From: Toensbergia leucococca
Taxonomy: Eukaryota
Reading direction: 5' to 3'
Length of the DNA stretch: 64,000 nucleotides
Assembly: GCA_022813965.1 (NCBI GenBank)
Contig: JALDZS010000062.1
Coordinates: forward strand, 1-64,000
Shown here: positions 40,596 through 54,060 of the stretch, piece by piece
Position numbering within the stretch: position 1 is the stretch's first letter
Layout: every line of letters begins with the position of its first letter
Translations under genes and position numbers: made by a program
The notes under the pieces: model-generated
The model's database searches: none
Told to the model about the DNA's origin: nothing
The model's input: the letters and a program-made list of their open reading frames with translations, nothing else

Positions 40596-40610
40596 ACGCG
40601 AAGCGCGTCA
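40596..40610. promoter_or_regulatory. MCB-like elements in the 199-bp MRPL16/RFC1 bidirectional promoter
   Basis: ACGCGAA at 40596 and GCGCGTCA at 40603, ~90 bp upstream of the RFC1 ATG. Confidence 0.5.
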
Positions 40611-40693
40611 ACGACCCTCGGACTCAATAGGACATTACCCACCGTGCCCACCTCCCCACATCCTCATATCCCAGCCAACATACCTGGTCAACC

Positions 40694-43600
40694 ATGCCGC
40701 AGGACATCAGGACATTTTTTGAGGGACAGAGGATCAAAGGCAATATCTCGAGTCAGGATCATCCTGTTACTGAGGACCCAGTATGTAACATCCTTTCCGC
40801 CGTGTCTGTCCTCCATACTTTTGCAATTGTCACTTGGTGGAGTATGTTAGATGCGGAGAAATTGTTTTCCAAATGAATGTAGAGTACACTCTACCAGGTC
40901 AATTAGCAATAGTGCCATGTTCTCTTTGCATGTAATCTGTGGATTTCATGCTAACAGGGCACACACACGCTCACAGATCAAAGTACCTAAAGCCAAAGGC
41001 AGAGGTATGCTCTGAGATCCGTCAAAGACGCCCTCCTCTTCTGATATCTATGTAGGGAAGCGAAAGATTGTCAGTGATACTGAGGACGAAGAGCAAGAGA
41101 CGTGAGGAGATAACGAACAAGAATTCTGTATCATTTCTAAAGTCTAGTAGGCCAAAAATCCAAACGCCGAAGAAGCCCGCGGCTAAGAGACTTGCGTAAG
41201 TAGACCATCCAAGGTGACAGCATGCTCACGAATCGAATATTTGCTAAGGACTTCTGACAGAAAGAAAGAATCTCCTCGTGGAGAAGCCACGACAACTTCA
41301 GATTACTTTGCATCCAACGGTAAAAGTAAGCCGGCTCGTTCGACACCGATCAGATCACGACTTTCTGCCGAACAGAAACCCAGAAAGCCTACGGCCCCAG
41401 CGACCCCAGAGAGCGCTACACCAGTGTCCACACCACTTACGAATGGTCAGAAACATTCACCTACGGATGCGACGGCAAGCTTTGCCCAGTCTCAGGAAGA
41501 TAGAGACTTGGAGATTGATCATAATACGGAGGCCCTCAGGAGATACAGAGACTCCGGAAATGATGTCGTTGGTGCTGTTCACAAATCCAGCAGACGAGCA
41601 GTAAATGAAGAACACCAAAGTACCGAACAAAGCAACGGAGACATTCAAGCACTTCGCAAGAAGATCAGGAGAGGCAAGCAGTCATCCAGCGTTAAGGAAA
41701 ACGATCAAAGCTCTCAAGATGATGGTCTCGACATTGAAGGTGCCGATCCTCGTGATACCTCGGTGAAATACAGAAATTTGGGGAGGATCAACGCAATTAA
41801 GCCATCTAACGGAGATATTACATTACGAGGCCGAAAGCGAAAATCTACTGAGCTTGACGACGATGATGAGAATGAAGAAGACGACTCAGAGCCACCATCG
41901 AAGAAAGAAATCGGGAAAAAAGCCAAGTCTCCAGTCAAGCAGCCTGCAACTAAGAAGGCACGCGCACCATCCAAGAAAATCAGCGTGGACGAGAGGACGG
42001 AAGCGCAAGATATTCTTGACAGTATACCGACTATTCGAGCACCAACGCCTCCTCCTCCTGATGCGAACAAGAAATTCGACTTCCGAAGTACCGCGCAGCG
42101 ATCCCAGGCCGGACCTGCATCCGAGTCTGAAGACGTTCCGATTGGTGCTGAGAATTGTCTTGCTGGACTGACATTCGTTTTTACTGGTTTATTAGATGAT
42201 CTCGGGCGTGACCAGGGGATGGAGCTTGTCAAACGCTACGGAGGAAAAGTCACAACAACTCCCAGCTCGAAAACAGCTTTTGTCATTCTCGGTAATGATG
42301 CTGGGCCAAAGAAACTCGAGACCATTGCCAAACACAACCTCAAAACCATCAATAAGGATGGTTTGTATCAGCTGATTCGGCTACTTCCAGCTAACGGTGG
42401 AGACGGAAAGGCGGCTGAAAAATTCGAGGAACAGAAGAAAAAGGAAGCGAAGAAGGCAAAGGACTTAGCTGCGGACATGGAAAAGGAAGAAAAGAATGCG
42501 ATTGGTACAGGGATAGCGAGGAAACCTGGAAACCTCGGCGGGAGTACCGCCAAGAAAGGTAGCGAAAAGGATCCCAGCAGCATCGATAGCCGTTTATGGA
42601 CGGTCAAATATGCTCCCACAGCGATTGGTTCGATGTGTGGCAACAAAGGTCAAGTAGAAAAGTTACAAGTCTGGTTGAGAATGTTCCAAAGCAACGCAAA
42701 GACAAAATTCAAGAAAGGCGGGAAAGATGGCCATGGCGTGTACCGTGCTGTCATGATACATGGCCCACCTGGAATTGGGAAAACTACAGCAGCTCACCTA
42801 GTCGCAAGGCTTGAAGGATACGATATTGTCGAAAGCAACGCCAGCGATACCAGAAGTAAGAAGCTGGTTGAGACCGGACTCAAAGGCGTACTTGACACTA
42901 CATCTTTGCTCGGTTATTTTGCTGGAGATGGCCAGAAAGTGGAGAGAGATAAAAAGAAACTGGTTTTGATCATGGACGAGGTCGACGGAATGTCTGCCGG
43001 CGATCGAGGAGGTGTAGGAGCACTTGCTGCTGTCTGCAAGAAGACTAACATCCCCATGATACTGATCTGCAATGATCGCAAGTTGCCGAAAATGAAACCT
43101 TTTGACCACGTCACCTATGACTTGTCATTCAAAAAACCTACAACGGATCAAGTTCGTGGAAGGATCATGACTATCTGTTACCGAGAAGGACTGAAGATCT
43201 CCCCCAATGTTATTAATGCACTCATTGAAGGTAGTAGGGCCGACATCCGCCAGATTATCAACATGATATCAACAGCCAAATTGGACCAAGAGGCCATGGA
43301 CTTTGACCAAAGCAAGAAGATGTCACAAGCATGGGAGAAACATGTTATCTTGAAGCCGTGGGACATTGTAAGCAAGATTCTCGGAGGAGGCATGTTTGCC
43401 CCCAGCAGCACTTCTACTCTCAACGACAAAATCGAGCTTTACTTCAATGATCATGAGTTCAGCTCTCTGATGTTGCAAGAAAACTATCTCAATACGAATC
43501 CCATCATTTCGAACGCGTATTCTGGCCAGGAAAAGAAACTGAAGCTATTAGAGCTTGTTGATAAAGCTGCCGAAAGCATCAGCGATGGAGATCTCGTAGA

Positions 43601-44462
43601 TCGCATGATTCATGGTTCTCAACAACAATGGAGCCTAATGCCAGCGCATGCTATTTTTAGCTTTGTGCGTCCTGCCAGCTTCATCTCCGGCAGTCAGGGC
43701 GGACATGGGCCAACCCGGTTTACCTCGTGGTTGGGCAACAACAGCAAGCAAGGTATGCGACACACTGCATTTCTGCTTCGCAGCGAATCTTTTGCTAATC
43801 ACCTGACAGCCAAACTCATGCGCTTTGTCAAAGAGATTCAAGCCCATATGCGGCTGCGAGCGTCTGGTGATCGACATGAGATCAGACAACAGTATATGCC
43901 ACTCCTTTGGTTTAGGCTTGTGAAAGAACTTGAAACACGAGGCAAGGACAGCGTCGAGGATGTAATTGAGTTGATGGACAGCTATTTCTTGACAAAGGAA
44001 GACTGGGATGCAATTTTTGAGCTTGGGCTGGGTCCAATGAACATGGACAACGTTAAGCTTAGTACGCAAACAAAGGCCACCTTTACTCGGTTGTACAATC
44101 AGCAATCGCATCCTCTACCTTTTATGAAGGCAAGCAACGTGCTCGCGCCCAAGAAGTCGAGGAAAGAGAAGCCAGATCTCGAGGAAGCAATTGATGATTC
44201 AGATGAAGGCGAAGATCCTACTGTCGATGCAGAACTTGACGATGAAGAGGAAGCCCTGGATCTGAAGAAGGATAAATACGTGAAAGCTCCGAAAAAACGG
44301 GCAGGCACTAAAAAGGCAAGCATAAGGAAAGCTCCTCCAAAGAGGAAGAGCAATGGCACCGTTGAGGAGCGAATCGAAGATGAGTTTGACAACGAAGAAA
44401 GCGAGGAAGACGTGGAGCCTCGAAGTGGGAAAAGGGCAGAAACGGTAAAATCTAAATCCTAG
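40694..44462 (+). CDS. RFC1: Replication factor C large subunit
   Basis: MPQDIRTFF start; BRCT (GAENCLAGLTFVFTG...RYGGKVT); AAA+ (GPPGIGKTT, ESNASDTRS, LIMDEVDGMSAGDRGG); RFC1 C-terminal FTSWLGNNSK and KATFTRLYN. Confidence 0.97.
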
Positions 44463-46337
44463 GGGTGGGTCAGTAATAATCCCTTCCTTGGCTAGCATAA
44501 GTACTTGCACGAAGGTGCACTGGCTGTTAGGGGTGGGCATGGTTCAAATTCTGCAATGGCGTAGGCCGGTGCTATCACAGTATTAATTGCATATGCTGAC
44601 ACCAAGAAAGCTCTTTTGCGTGGCTCTCAATGCGCTCTTACTTCAGATGTTGAGGGCTGTATATGGAGATAAAACAGGACTACAGCCAAACGTCATGACA
44701 ACAAGTGTAATGCGTTGGCCAGTTGCCAGTCTGTTATTCAGCACCTCACTGCCACAACTCAACCCTCACATGTTTTGATTAGCCAGTGCACGCTGCATTG
44801 CCTTTATAGAAGCCGAGTCTTATCTGACATGAGCACGAAACTGCCTTTTCCTATTATCGTACAAGGGGGTATCAAAAAGATGTGAGCCGAAACTCAGAGG
44901 CCTGGCCATGGTGGCTCTACTTCAGCGAGTCAAGGGAAATCTTATCAGGTTTGAATGCCATTGCAAACCTTGTGCTCGCAAATCGATTAACCATGTACAC
45001 CTGCCTTCTAGCCACACTCATCATTTTTCATGTTCAACAAGCCGCGCCGACACTGACGAGTTGAACACCTAGCAATGCGTCGGTCCTCAAAACCAGCAAC
45101 TACCTTTGCATCCGCGACGCTTGAATACGATGCCTCACGCCAGTCAAAGGCAATTCTTATGTCGCTAGCCGGCTTTTCACGATCTGAGTGCACAGCTCTC
45201 GCGCGTCCTTGCTCCAAAGGAGCAGCCGTTCGGTCAACCCGACGCCCTTATGCCTTCTAGCCATTCCACTACCTCTAATAATATCGTTGATAAAGCGACG
45301 GCTTCACGTCGAAATAGACAGACCTTCTAGATCTCCAGACATCAGCCTAGGAGCACACTCACATGGTTCGAAATGAGGCAGATGCGGTGGCGAAGCGTAT
45401 TGTAGTGCTAAAGAGGAATTTGACAGATTTGGGAGAGATGCAGAGGGTTCATTTCGAGGACATGGATCTGCTGAATCGGCTGAGTGCGCGTGGATGGATG
45501 GTGATGGCCGGGAGAGCAAGGAAAGACAGAATGGAGACGCGGGGTGGAAGGCGGCGATCTAGATTGAATTTACGCGAGGGGGCTGTATTTGTGATTACAA
45601 GAGAAATGATCGATATGGTACAGCAATGGAAAGGTGACCGTCGACGTGGAGACTTTGGTCTGGGTGGCGATGCCCTGGCGGCATGTGAGTGGTAGTGACT
45701 CCTAGCCCATCCGCTCGCCCATATCAAAGCCGATTCGGAGTATCAAAGTACGGTAAGGTACCTCGCATTAGGAAATACAACGATTGACCAAGGTACTCTA
45801 GCTTCTCCGCTTCTTTGACTTTTTTCTCAGGAGAACTTTAATTCCAAGGCCTGTACCTGAGCTCGGGTTTTTTGTCCATCGACCATGACCTGTCTCGCAT
45901 TGGGGTCGAGTATGGCTAGGTAGAGAATATCAGTCGGGGTGTTTTTAACAAAGCCTTGGGATGAGAGCGGCTTCTCGTTGGCAATTTATCTTGCATGGAG
46001 AGTCGAAAGCAAAATAAGAATGTGCGTAAGTGCCCGTCTATGGTTCGACGAAACCATTGTCCTGGTAGAGGGAAAGCACAATTGATCAGCTGCTTGAGAT
46101 ATCCAAGTTTTTTCGGTGGTCATGCCTTCTCCGCATTCTCTCCGCACAAGTACCCGTTACATAACATGTCTGTTTGCTCAGTCAAACCGATCCATAGATG
46201 ATGCATCGCTTTTCCACTTCGCACTTGACTTTCACCTTTTACCGTTTGTCTTGCATCTAATTTTTGGCGAATGCTGGAGCTATTGTTTACACCTATATCA
46301 CCATCTGTTTGCAGTATATCATTACTAAATACGCACC

Positions 46338-48401
46338 ATGGCACGGATTTTCAAGACGCGTAAGCAGGACTCACCTTCAGCTGAATGTGTCGACTTTATC
46401 CCCGGTCAAAACGCACATGAGCAGCAGGGAGACGATCCCACCGAGGTCCCTCTCGATGACCAAGCCGCTGTGACCGCCGCAGAACCAGCACGAGAAAATA
46501 TCAATGCCAAGACAGGCAATCCTCTTACCGGATTTGGACTTGAGACACTCGAGGATATGGGAGCAAGATACGCTAGAAGGTACGGGATGAGCGAAGAAGG
46601 CGATATTCGAGCGTTCCAAAAAGGTGCTTGTCTTGCGCAAGACCCCACGAATTATCGCAGGGTCCCCGGGCTGACCGGTGGAGAATTGGAGATTCTTGGA
46701 AACGAGTTTGAGAATCGATGGTCTCAGCCAAAACTCATGTACGCTGTGATAGTCCTCTGTTCTATCTGCGCTGCAGTCCAGGGAATGGGTGAGTAAAATC
46801 CGGCTGTACGTCTAGTTTCCGTTCTCAGCTGACGTCCTTGCAGATGAGGCTGTTGTGAATGGTGGTCAGATCTTTTACACCGAGCAGTTTGGTATCGGTG
46901 GAAAGGATCCTCGATCCACATGGCTGACGGGGCTTTGCAACTCGGCACCTTATCTATGTAGTGCTATTCTGGGATGCTGGCTGACGGTGCCGTTCAACAA
47001 TCATTTTGGTCGTCGAGGTACCATCTTCGCTTGCTGCTCCCTTTTAGCACTTACATGCATCTGGCAAGGTTTCGTCAACAGCTGGTGGCATATGTTCATT
47101 GCGAGGTTCTGTCTCGGGCTCGGCATTGGCCCAATGTCGGCGACAGTCCCCATCTATGCGGCTGAGACGGCCCCTCCTGCCATCCGCGGTGCCTTGGTTA
47201 TGCAATGGCAAGTGTGGACGGCCTTCGGGATTATGCTGGGATATGTATCTGATCTAATGTTTTTCAAGGTTACTGATCCCGAAGCCGTTGTTGGTCTCAA
47301 CTGGCGTCTGATGATGGCGTCGGCCATGTTTCCTGCCTTGATCGTCACCTGCTTTGTGTTCTTGTGTCCCGAGTCCCCTCGTTGGTATATGAGCAAAGGC
47401 CAGCATTGCAAAGCTTACAGGGCCATGTGCAAGTTGAGATTCAGCAACGTTCAAGCCGCTCGTGATGTTTATTACATGCAAACCCTTCTCGAAGCAGAGC
47501 ATGAAAGCGAAACGAGTAGAAACAAGATTTTGGAACTCGTCGCTGTCCCAAGAAACCGTCGGGCCATGCTTGCCTCGCAGATTGTCATGTTTATGCAACA
47601 AGTAAGTTCAGAGCTCGAGTACTTCTGCGCCATGGTAGAATAACGTTAACAATCCTCAAGTTTTGCGGTGTTAACGTCATCGCCTACTACTCTTCCCAGA
47701 TTTTCATTGACGCCAAATTCACCGAGATCTCGGCCCTCGCAGCGTCTCTAGGGTTTGGCATTATCAACTGGATCTTTGCAATTCCGGCAATTTATACCAT
47801 CGACACCTTTGGCCGACGCAACCTGCTCTTGATCACATTCCCGCTCATGTCACTTTCCCTCTTCTTCACCGGCTTCAGCTTCTGGATCCCCGAAGACACC
47901 ATGCATACGGCCAGAGTCGCGTGTATAGCTCTCGGTATATACCTGTTTGGTATCGTCTACTCACCCGGCGCGGGCCCAGTCCCATTTACCTATTCGGCCG
48001 AGGCTTATCCGTTGTATGTTCGTTCATATGGCATGTCCTTGGCAACGGCAACCACGTGGTTTTTCAACTTTATCCTCGCCATTACCTGGCCCAGTCTCCT
48101 GGCAGCCTTCTCTGCACAAGGCGCTTTCGGATGGTACGGCGCATGGAACATTGTGGGCTTTGTGCTCGTGTTGCTGTTCGTTCCCGAGACCAAGGGCAAG
48201 ACGCTTGAGGAGTTGGATCAAGTCTTCAGCGTGCCAACAGGTACCCTTTGTGCGTATGGCATGCGCCAGGTGCCTTATTTTATCCGACGATTCGTGCTAC
48301 GACAGAAGGTTGAACCGGTGCGGATTCCCGAGATGGGAGCTAGAACGGGTGGGATTCGCGGGGATTCGGAATATTCACACGAAGTGGAGAAATCCGTATG
48401 A
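46338..48401 (+). CDS. MFS sugar porter (polyol/inositol/sugar:H+ symporter-like)
   Basis: AAVQGMDE, FGRRG, PIYAAETAPPAIRGALVMQWQVWTAFG, PESPRW, MQQFCGVNVIAYY and PETKGKTLEE; 2 introns. Confidence 0.93.
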
Positions 48402-49096
48402 TGGGTCGCAGCATATTCCAAATGCGGGAGAGCAGGATTTCGTTGTTCATTAAATTCGTCATGATTATTCTTGTCCTAGCGTTAGATGAGAGGTGAGGAT
48501 TTATTTGCTTGTAAGATTAGCCTTTCTGATTGTACAGTTATACCAAGGGAATGCCCAGCAGGGTGTTTTCGGCGTATCCATTCGAGTCAGTGCAAGTCTT
48601 GTTGGTCAAGAGAAATGTTCTAATCGTGATTGCCCGCATTTTGGTCTTGCTCACAATTAGCAAAGATATTCGGCAACTATGAGGCTTGTTCGGTGAATGA
48701 GAGTGTCTCCGTGGCCTTTTCAATGTCTACTCGCATGAGTATTCCAAGCGTTAACAGGTCAGTGTCACATGGTCATCAGGAGCCGGGCTCGCCAATTTTA
48801 GTAGTCGTACGAGTAGGGCAATCTGAAAAAGGGATTAAAATGTAGCTAGCTCATGATTGTGTCTTGATTTCTCAGAGAAGAAACTCGGCTTGTTTGGAGT
48901 CACTTTTCGAAATATGGTTGGCTTTGAGGTCTTCCTTTATTTGCGGTTTTTGAATGATGCTGGGGGTGATCCCATAAAAGATGATCCTCTTCCCTTCACC
49001 CACGGATGCTGGGGTCAGATAACGCACAAGCATGCCCATACTCTCTTCTAGACTCAACTGAAATATGGTCACACACATAGTCTCCAACGTTTTGGC

Positions 49097-51720
49097 TCAT
49101 GTCTCCTTTTTCTCAGACCTTAAAATTCTCACTGCCTGCTCGGCCGCTCTGGTCTCAAGCCCGAGTCTACTCGTGCCGTTCACTACCTTGGCGACCTCCT
49201 TCGTCCTAACCTACCCTACAACTCAAGCTTTTCTCGGCCCACCGAGTCTCTACCTCACAAACATATTTTACCTCGTCTGAATCAGCCAGCTGACGCAACT
49301 CGTCCTTCGGATGCAACATGTGCAGTCACTCTCCCACCACCCGCCTTAAGTACCCCATCATCCCTAGTCGCTCGAGTAAGTCTGTGCAAGCTGCCATTGA
49401 GCCGTTGCTGTCGATGTAGATAGCACCGATGAGGGATTCGATGAGGTTGGAAAAGAACTTGGCGGCTTCAAGATGGGTAAGTAGAGCCCAAGGGAAAGAA
49501 CTGCATTGCTGGAGGGCGCTTTGTATAGGAGCACAAAGTCCCTTGTAGCGACTGTGACAGGCGCGCTGGGCTTGAGTCACAGCTGGCCAGTTGTGACGCA
49601 TGAAACACCAAATCCGGCGGTCTACGTTCGTCTCAATGCTAGAAAAGGTTTTTGTAATCTCGTCTTTGATGATCTCGGCGCGAGCTTCGGGAACAGAGAA
49701 ATTCATGCACATGAAAGCGAGGAAGTCTCCGTTCACGAAAGCCAACCGTATAAGGTGCATGTTGTAAAGAGATATTTGCGGATGATGAGAGTATATAGTC
49801 GTGACGACGATGTTATCGAGAACCGAGTGCCCTCAGGATTCTACTCGTTGGTAGGATGCGGTATTGTTGAGAACACAATAAGACGGATTAGTCAGAGCTG
49901 CAAGGAGGAGAAGCTTCAAAGTAAAGCAGTAGCCGACGAGATTCTCAAGTTGTAGAAGTGGAGGAGGCAGTTGATGATCAAGGTCATAAGCTCTGGACAG
50001 CGCCATGTTCGACCGAGGCAAGGATGACCATGAAACCTCAGGTAGAAAGAGTTTGAGGCATGAGAGGGCCTTTTCAAGCCCACCGTCGAGGTAGGCTGCG
50101 CCAATGGGGGCTTCAACGACGTCTGCAAGGGTCTTGGTCGGCATCTGGCGCACCTTTCTTGGCTCAGCTTCCAGCAAGTCAGTTCTGTACAAGGGCCGCC
50201 CCTTCTGACCGGTGAAAGGCTTCGTAAGGATATACTCAGGCTAATCCCTTCTACTCTACAGCGGTGGCCAAACGCCGATTGGATACAACGTGGTCTTTAC
50301 TACCTGACAACAAGCCTTCGTGCCAGTTGAGGTGGTCCGCCATGATGGTCAGCGATGTAAAAAGCTTCAAGATGCTATCGCCTAGCAATTCTTGCCTTTG
50401 ATAGGTCGTCGTTTCACAGGCTTGAGACGATGAAATTGCGTTAATGACTAGATTCAGATTCTGGAATTTGACAGGCTAGAGAAATTACTGCAGAGATTTT
50501 CGGCAACGGTTATTTCGATGTGATGCATGATTGATGGAATAAACATTTCAAATTGGGAGTAGACAAAAGGCATCTTATCCACTCTGCATTCACTTGGCAG
50601 TAGATGCTGGTAAGCTATCACAGCTTTCGCATCCTCCGCGTTATGAGAGATACAAGTAGGAATTTGGCTCGTTTGGAAAGCCTAGAAACTTTTAAGAGGA
50701 CACTGGGCCCAGCCACATCTTGATCTTGTAGCATCATGGGCTCTTGACATTCCGAGTCTTTATATTAGATGCCTTGAAATATACGACGAGCTCCATTGTG
50801 CGTAAGATCGTGGACAAGGCCAAGTTCCTGTGCATTCGTAGCAGGATTTAACAACACATCAGCTTGAGTTGTTCCACTAAACTTTTCGGGCCATGATCGA
50901 ACATCTCCTACTGGTACGAACAGTGGAATGAAGTGTCACATTTCAGAGTCCATTCTTGTTCTGTGTAGCGAAGGGAGTATCATGCCAGTGACACGGCTTG
51001 ACGCTGCGAGGTAGTTCTCGTCAAAGGTGGCAGAGGAAGCCTGGCTGAATGCAACGGTAAAAGATTCCTTTGCGTCCCAGTACAAAGTAAGGTCATGTAT
51101 TCTCGGCAACGTATGAGGGAGAATCATCGTCATATCTACTTTTACCTCCCCGTCGACCCGAAGCGATATCAGAGACTCGTTCAGACTTGATGCCCGTTGC
51201 CATTAGCATGCTGTGACCCGCCATGGCTTCATTAGCTCTGCCACTTCGACGATACTGGCACGCTTTTTCAAGGTCGCACAGTATGTAGGGTTGACTTGGT
51301 CCCTGCCCCAGGAATGGTAGGTCCTGCCCCTTGATCGGTAGAAGGAAGGTTTTCAGTCTTTCAAGGAGCAGTACTATGTGCTTCCTTAACAGAAGCATCA
51401 ACCGAAATAGCACGGCTTGGATCTTAGATTTTGGTTGGATATTTACCTTCTTGGCTGAGCATCGCTCCAGCGCTGCTTGAACCCGTAAAACCGCTCTGTA
51501 ATTGGCTCCTTAGGACGACTCCTCTACGCTCTGGTAAAACCCAACCTCCAAAGAGTCAAACAATATATATTGGTGTCTTCCCGCTCTCTGTATCCATCTG
51601 ATGCTGTCAGCTTTCCAGTGAACGTCGCCGAGCAACTTCTATTCATACAGTAATATAAATGTTTCTCTGCATGCTCTCTTCTAGCGTTTCATGCTGGTAC
51701 GTCCGGGGGACGAAAGCAGA
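49097..51720 (-). pseudogene. dcl2: Dicer-like protein 2 pseudogene (helicase largely deleted; stops and frameshifts)
   Basis: 5' remnants PRTYQHETLEESMQRNIYIT / MDTESGKT / AVLRVQAALERC; dimerisation remnant ISVDASVKEAHSTAP*KTE; RNase IIIa YQRQELLGDSILK...KTLADVVEAPIGAAYLDGG; RNase IIIb YQRVES*GHSVLD...KFFSNLIESLIGAIYIDS; dsRBD LHPKDELRQLA...ETRAAEQAVRIL. Confidence 0.92.
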
Positions 51721-52987
51721 ATTGCAGTCTTCATTTCTCGTAAGCTCCTCGTAGTTGCTATTGGCTCCAGCATTCCGGTCAGATCCAAAGCTTATCGTGA
51801 TTTTCTGAAGTAGAAAAGAGTCGCGGGTTCCTTAGGGACACACGTATTTTCTGAATATTTTACTAAAACTTATCACTGTTAGTGAGGTGGCTCGGTGGTT
51901 TCATAAAAACCGGTATCATTACTTTGATGATGTGTACACGGACACCTCATTCTGTTACTCATGCCCTACTCTACGCCTACCTGGGTGCAATACCGTCTCC
52001 TACACATCTACCTCATCATCAATTACCCATCCTATTCGCTTTCAGATAGTGAAATTGTTTCAGGCCTTTAGACTTCACCTCAGGAGGAGAATCAAGCGAA
52101 ATTGAAGCGTGAAATCATTTTAATTCTCCATGTATGAGGAGTTGTAGAGTATATGAAATCGCGATACTGCTACTTAATTGCACGGAAATGATGAGGTAGA
52201 TGGCACGCAATGTAGATAGGGAATCAAGTCAAAACGTACGGAGTACGGATAGTGTGACTCATGATGTTTCCCTCAGTGATCATACGCCTGGACAGGGTTC
52301 TCAGGGTGTCCATGTAATATCATGTCTTCGGGAGCCACCATTATTCTCAAATTAATGATACCGGCAATCATGAAAACACCTCAGTAACAGTGACAACTTT
52401 CAGCAACATACTCCGGAAATATGTGTGTGCTTAAGGAACCCGAAAGAGTCGTTTATGGAGTAGGTATCGTTGCCGGTTTTCAGCCTTAGAGTATTTCCCT
52501 ATCAAAAACCTGCGACGATTTCTGTTTCCTCCTAGTGGCAGTGATGGATCCATTACGCACCTACTTCACACATCTGTTCATATGACACATTTTATGCACT
52601 GTTGAGTACAAGTCACTGTACTTGGGTAACGATCTTGTTGATTCTTAGTAGAATATCACAAATTTGTAGTATTCGAGTATTGCAATTCGTTTGTTCATTC
52701 AGTACTCCTTAAGTGGACCTTTATCGAATTCCAAGTCCGTCACACATATTCTACAGTTCAAATATTCTTCGATTTGATCGCCCGTCATATCATTATTTAT
52801 ACGGGCACCATTAGATCGGATTCGAGTGAATCCATAAATTATCACGAGGTTCAGCCGGATGAGCATTCGTCGGACGCCATACTGAGACATCCTTGCCCCT
52901 ATTGTTCGCAGTCGAGCCGTGTCTACAGATCGCTGTACGTGGATAGCATTGACAGTAAAAGAGTATTGATTGTCGCTCAATTACGCT

Positions 52988-54060
52988 TCATAGGTTGGTC
53001 AGATAATCTTCTATCTCTTCTTTGCTCAGTTTGCGAAACCTTGGCCCCTGCGCCCCTTCAACCCCTTCGTAGCCTAGCAGATGATTCGCCGGCGGGCCGA
53101 CAATACCTGCAAGGAGATATCAGTGTCTGCTAAAAACCTTCTGCCACAATCAGCTTACCTATTTCAACGGTCTCGCCGTTCATTTCTCCCTCAATCGTCT
53201 CCTTCAATGTCAGTAGAGCGATGTGTACCGCATCCTCAAGCTCCAGATCGTCCTTGTATCTCTTCTCTAGGAACGTCTTCGCACTCGTCGCACTCTTGCC
53301 AATTGCGGTCGCTTTCCACGGGAAATAGCTACCACTCGGGTCCACCTGGTAGAGACTTGGACCTCCTTTGAGTATTCCACCAGTTTTTCCTGACGCCTTC
53401 TTTTTTTCCGCTTCCGTCTCCAGGCCTTCATTGGCTAGTTCCTCTGTCTCAGGCTGCACTCCGTCATCCCATCCAGCGATAAGTAAGCTCACCCCGTACG
53501 GTCGAACTCCACCAGATTGTGTTGCTTCCTGCATGACCCTCGCTACATCTTGTACCAAGATTCGCGTGGGAGGGTACTCATTGTATATTCTCTTATACCC
53601 TGTATGTGAAACCTTACGTGCTTTATCGACAAGAATTCGATAATCTGGGCCCATGCCGGAGTAAACCATACCGATGTTTGGAGTGATGAGCGATATCTTC
53701 GAAAGTGAAGGGGGGTCAATAAGAGGCGACGATGACTTCTTCTCGGTTGCGAGGACGATACCATTGGTTGCTGGGTTAAGTGATAAGCTTAGAAAGTCTA
53801 GAAAATAGATCTGAGTAGAGGCGGAAGGCGTACCTTTTATACCTAGAGAGGTGACCCCTTGGTTTACAGCATTAAGGGCATATTCTAGAAATCTTTAACA
53901 ATTTTCCAGACCTGATTCGAGATCTCGCAAAGCGAACAGACCTATTTGTACCAGCTTTCCACTGACACATTTGTCAAAAATGACTAGCTGACAGAAGTCC
54001 AAGAGGATGAACATACCTGGGGGAGAATGTTGTTAAAGAAAAGGCATAGCGGTCTGCCAT
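52988..54060 (-). CDS. PRE8: 20S proteasome subunit alpha-2
   Basis: [62 protein letters not shown] and C-terminal IEDYLTNL*. Confidence 0.97.

Noticed and set aside
48538..49087. Additional coding fragments downstream of the dcl2 pseudogene
   Set aside because: They lie beyond the Dicer stop codon and resemble nothing I recognise.
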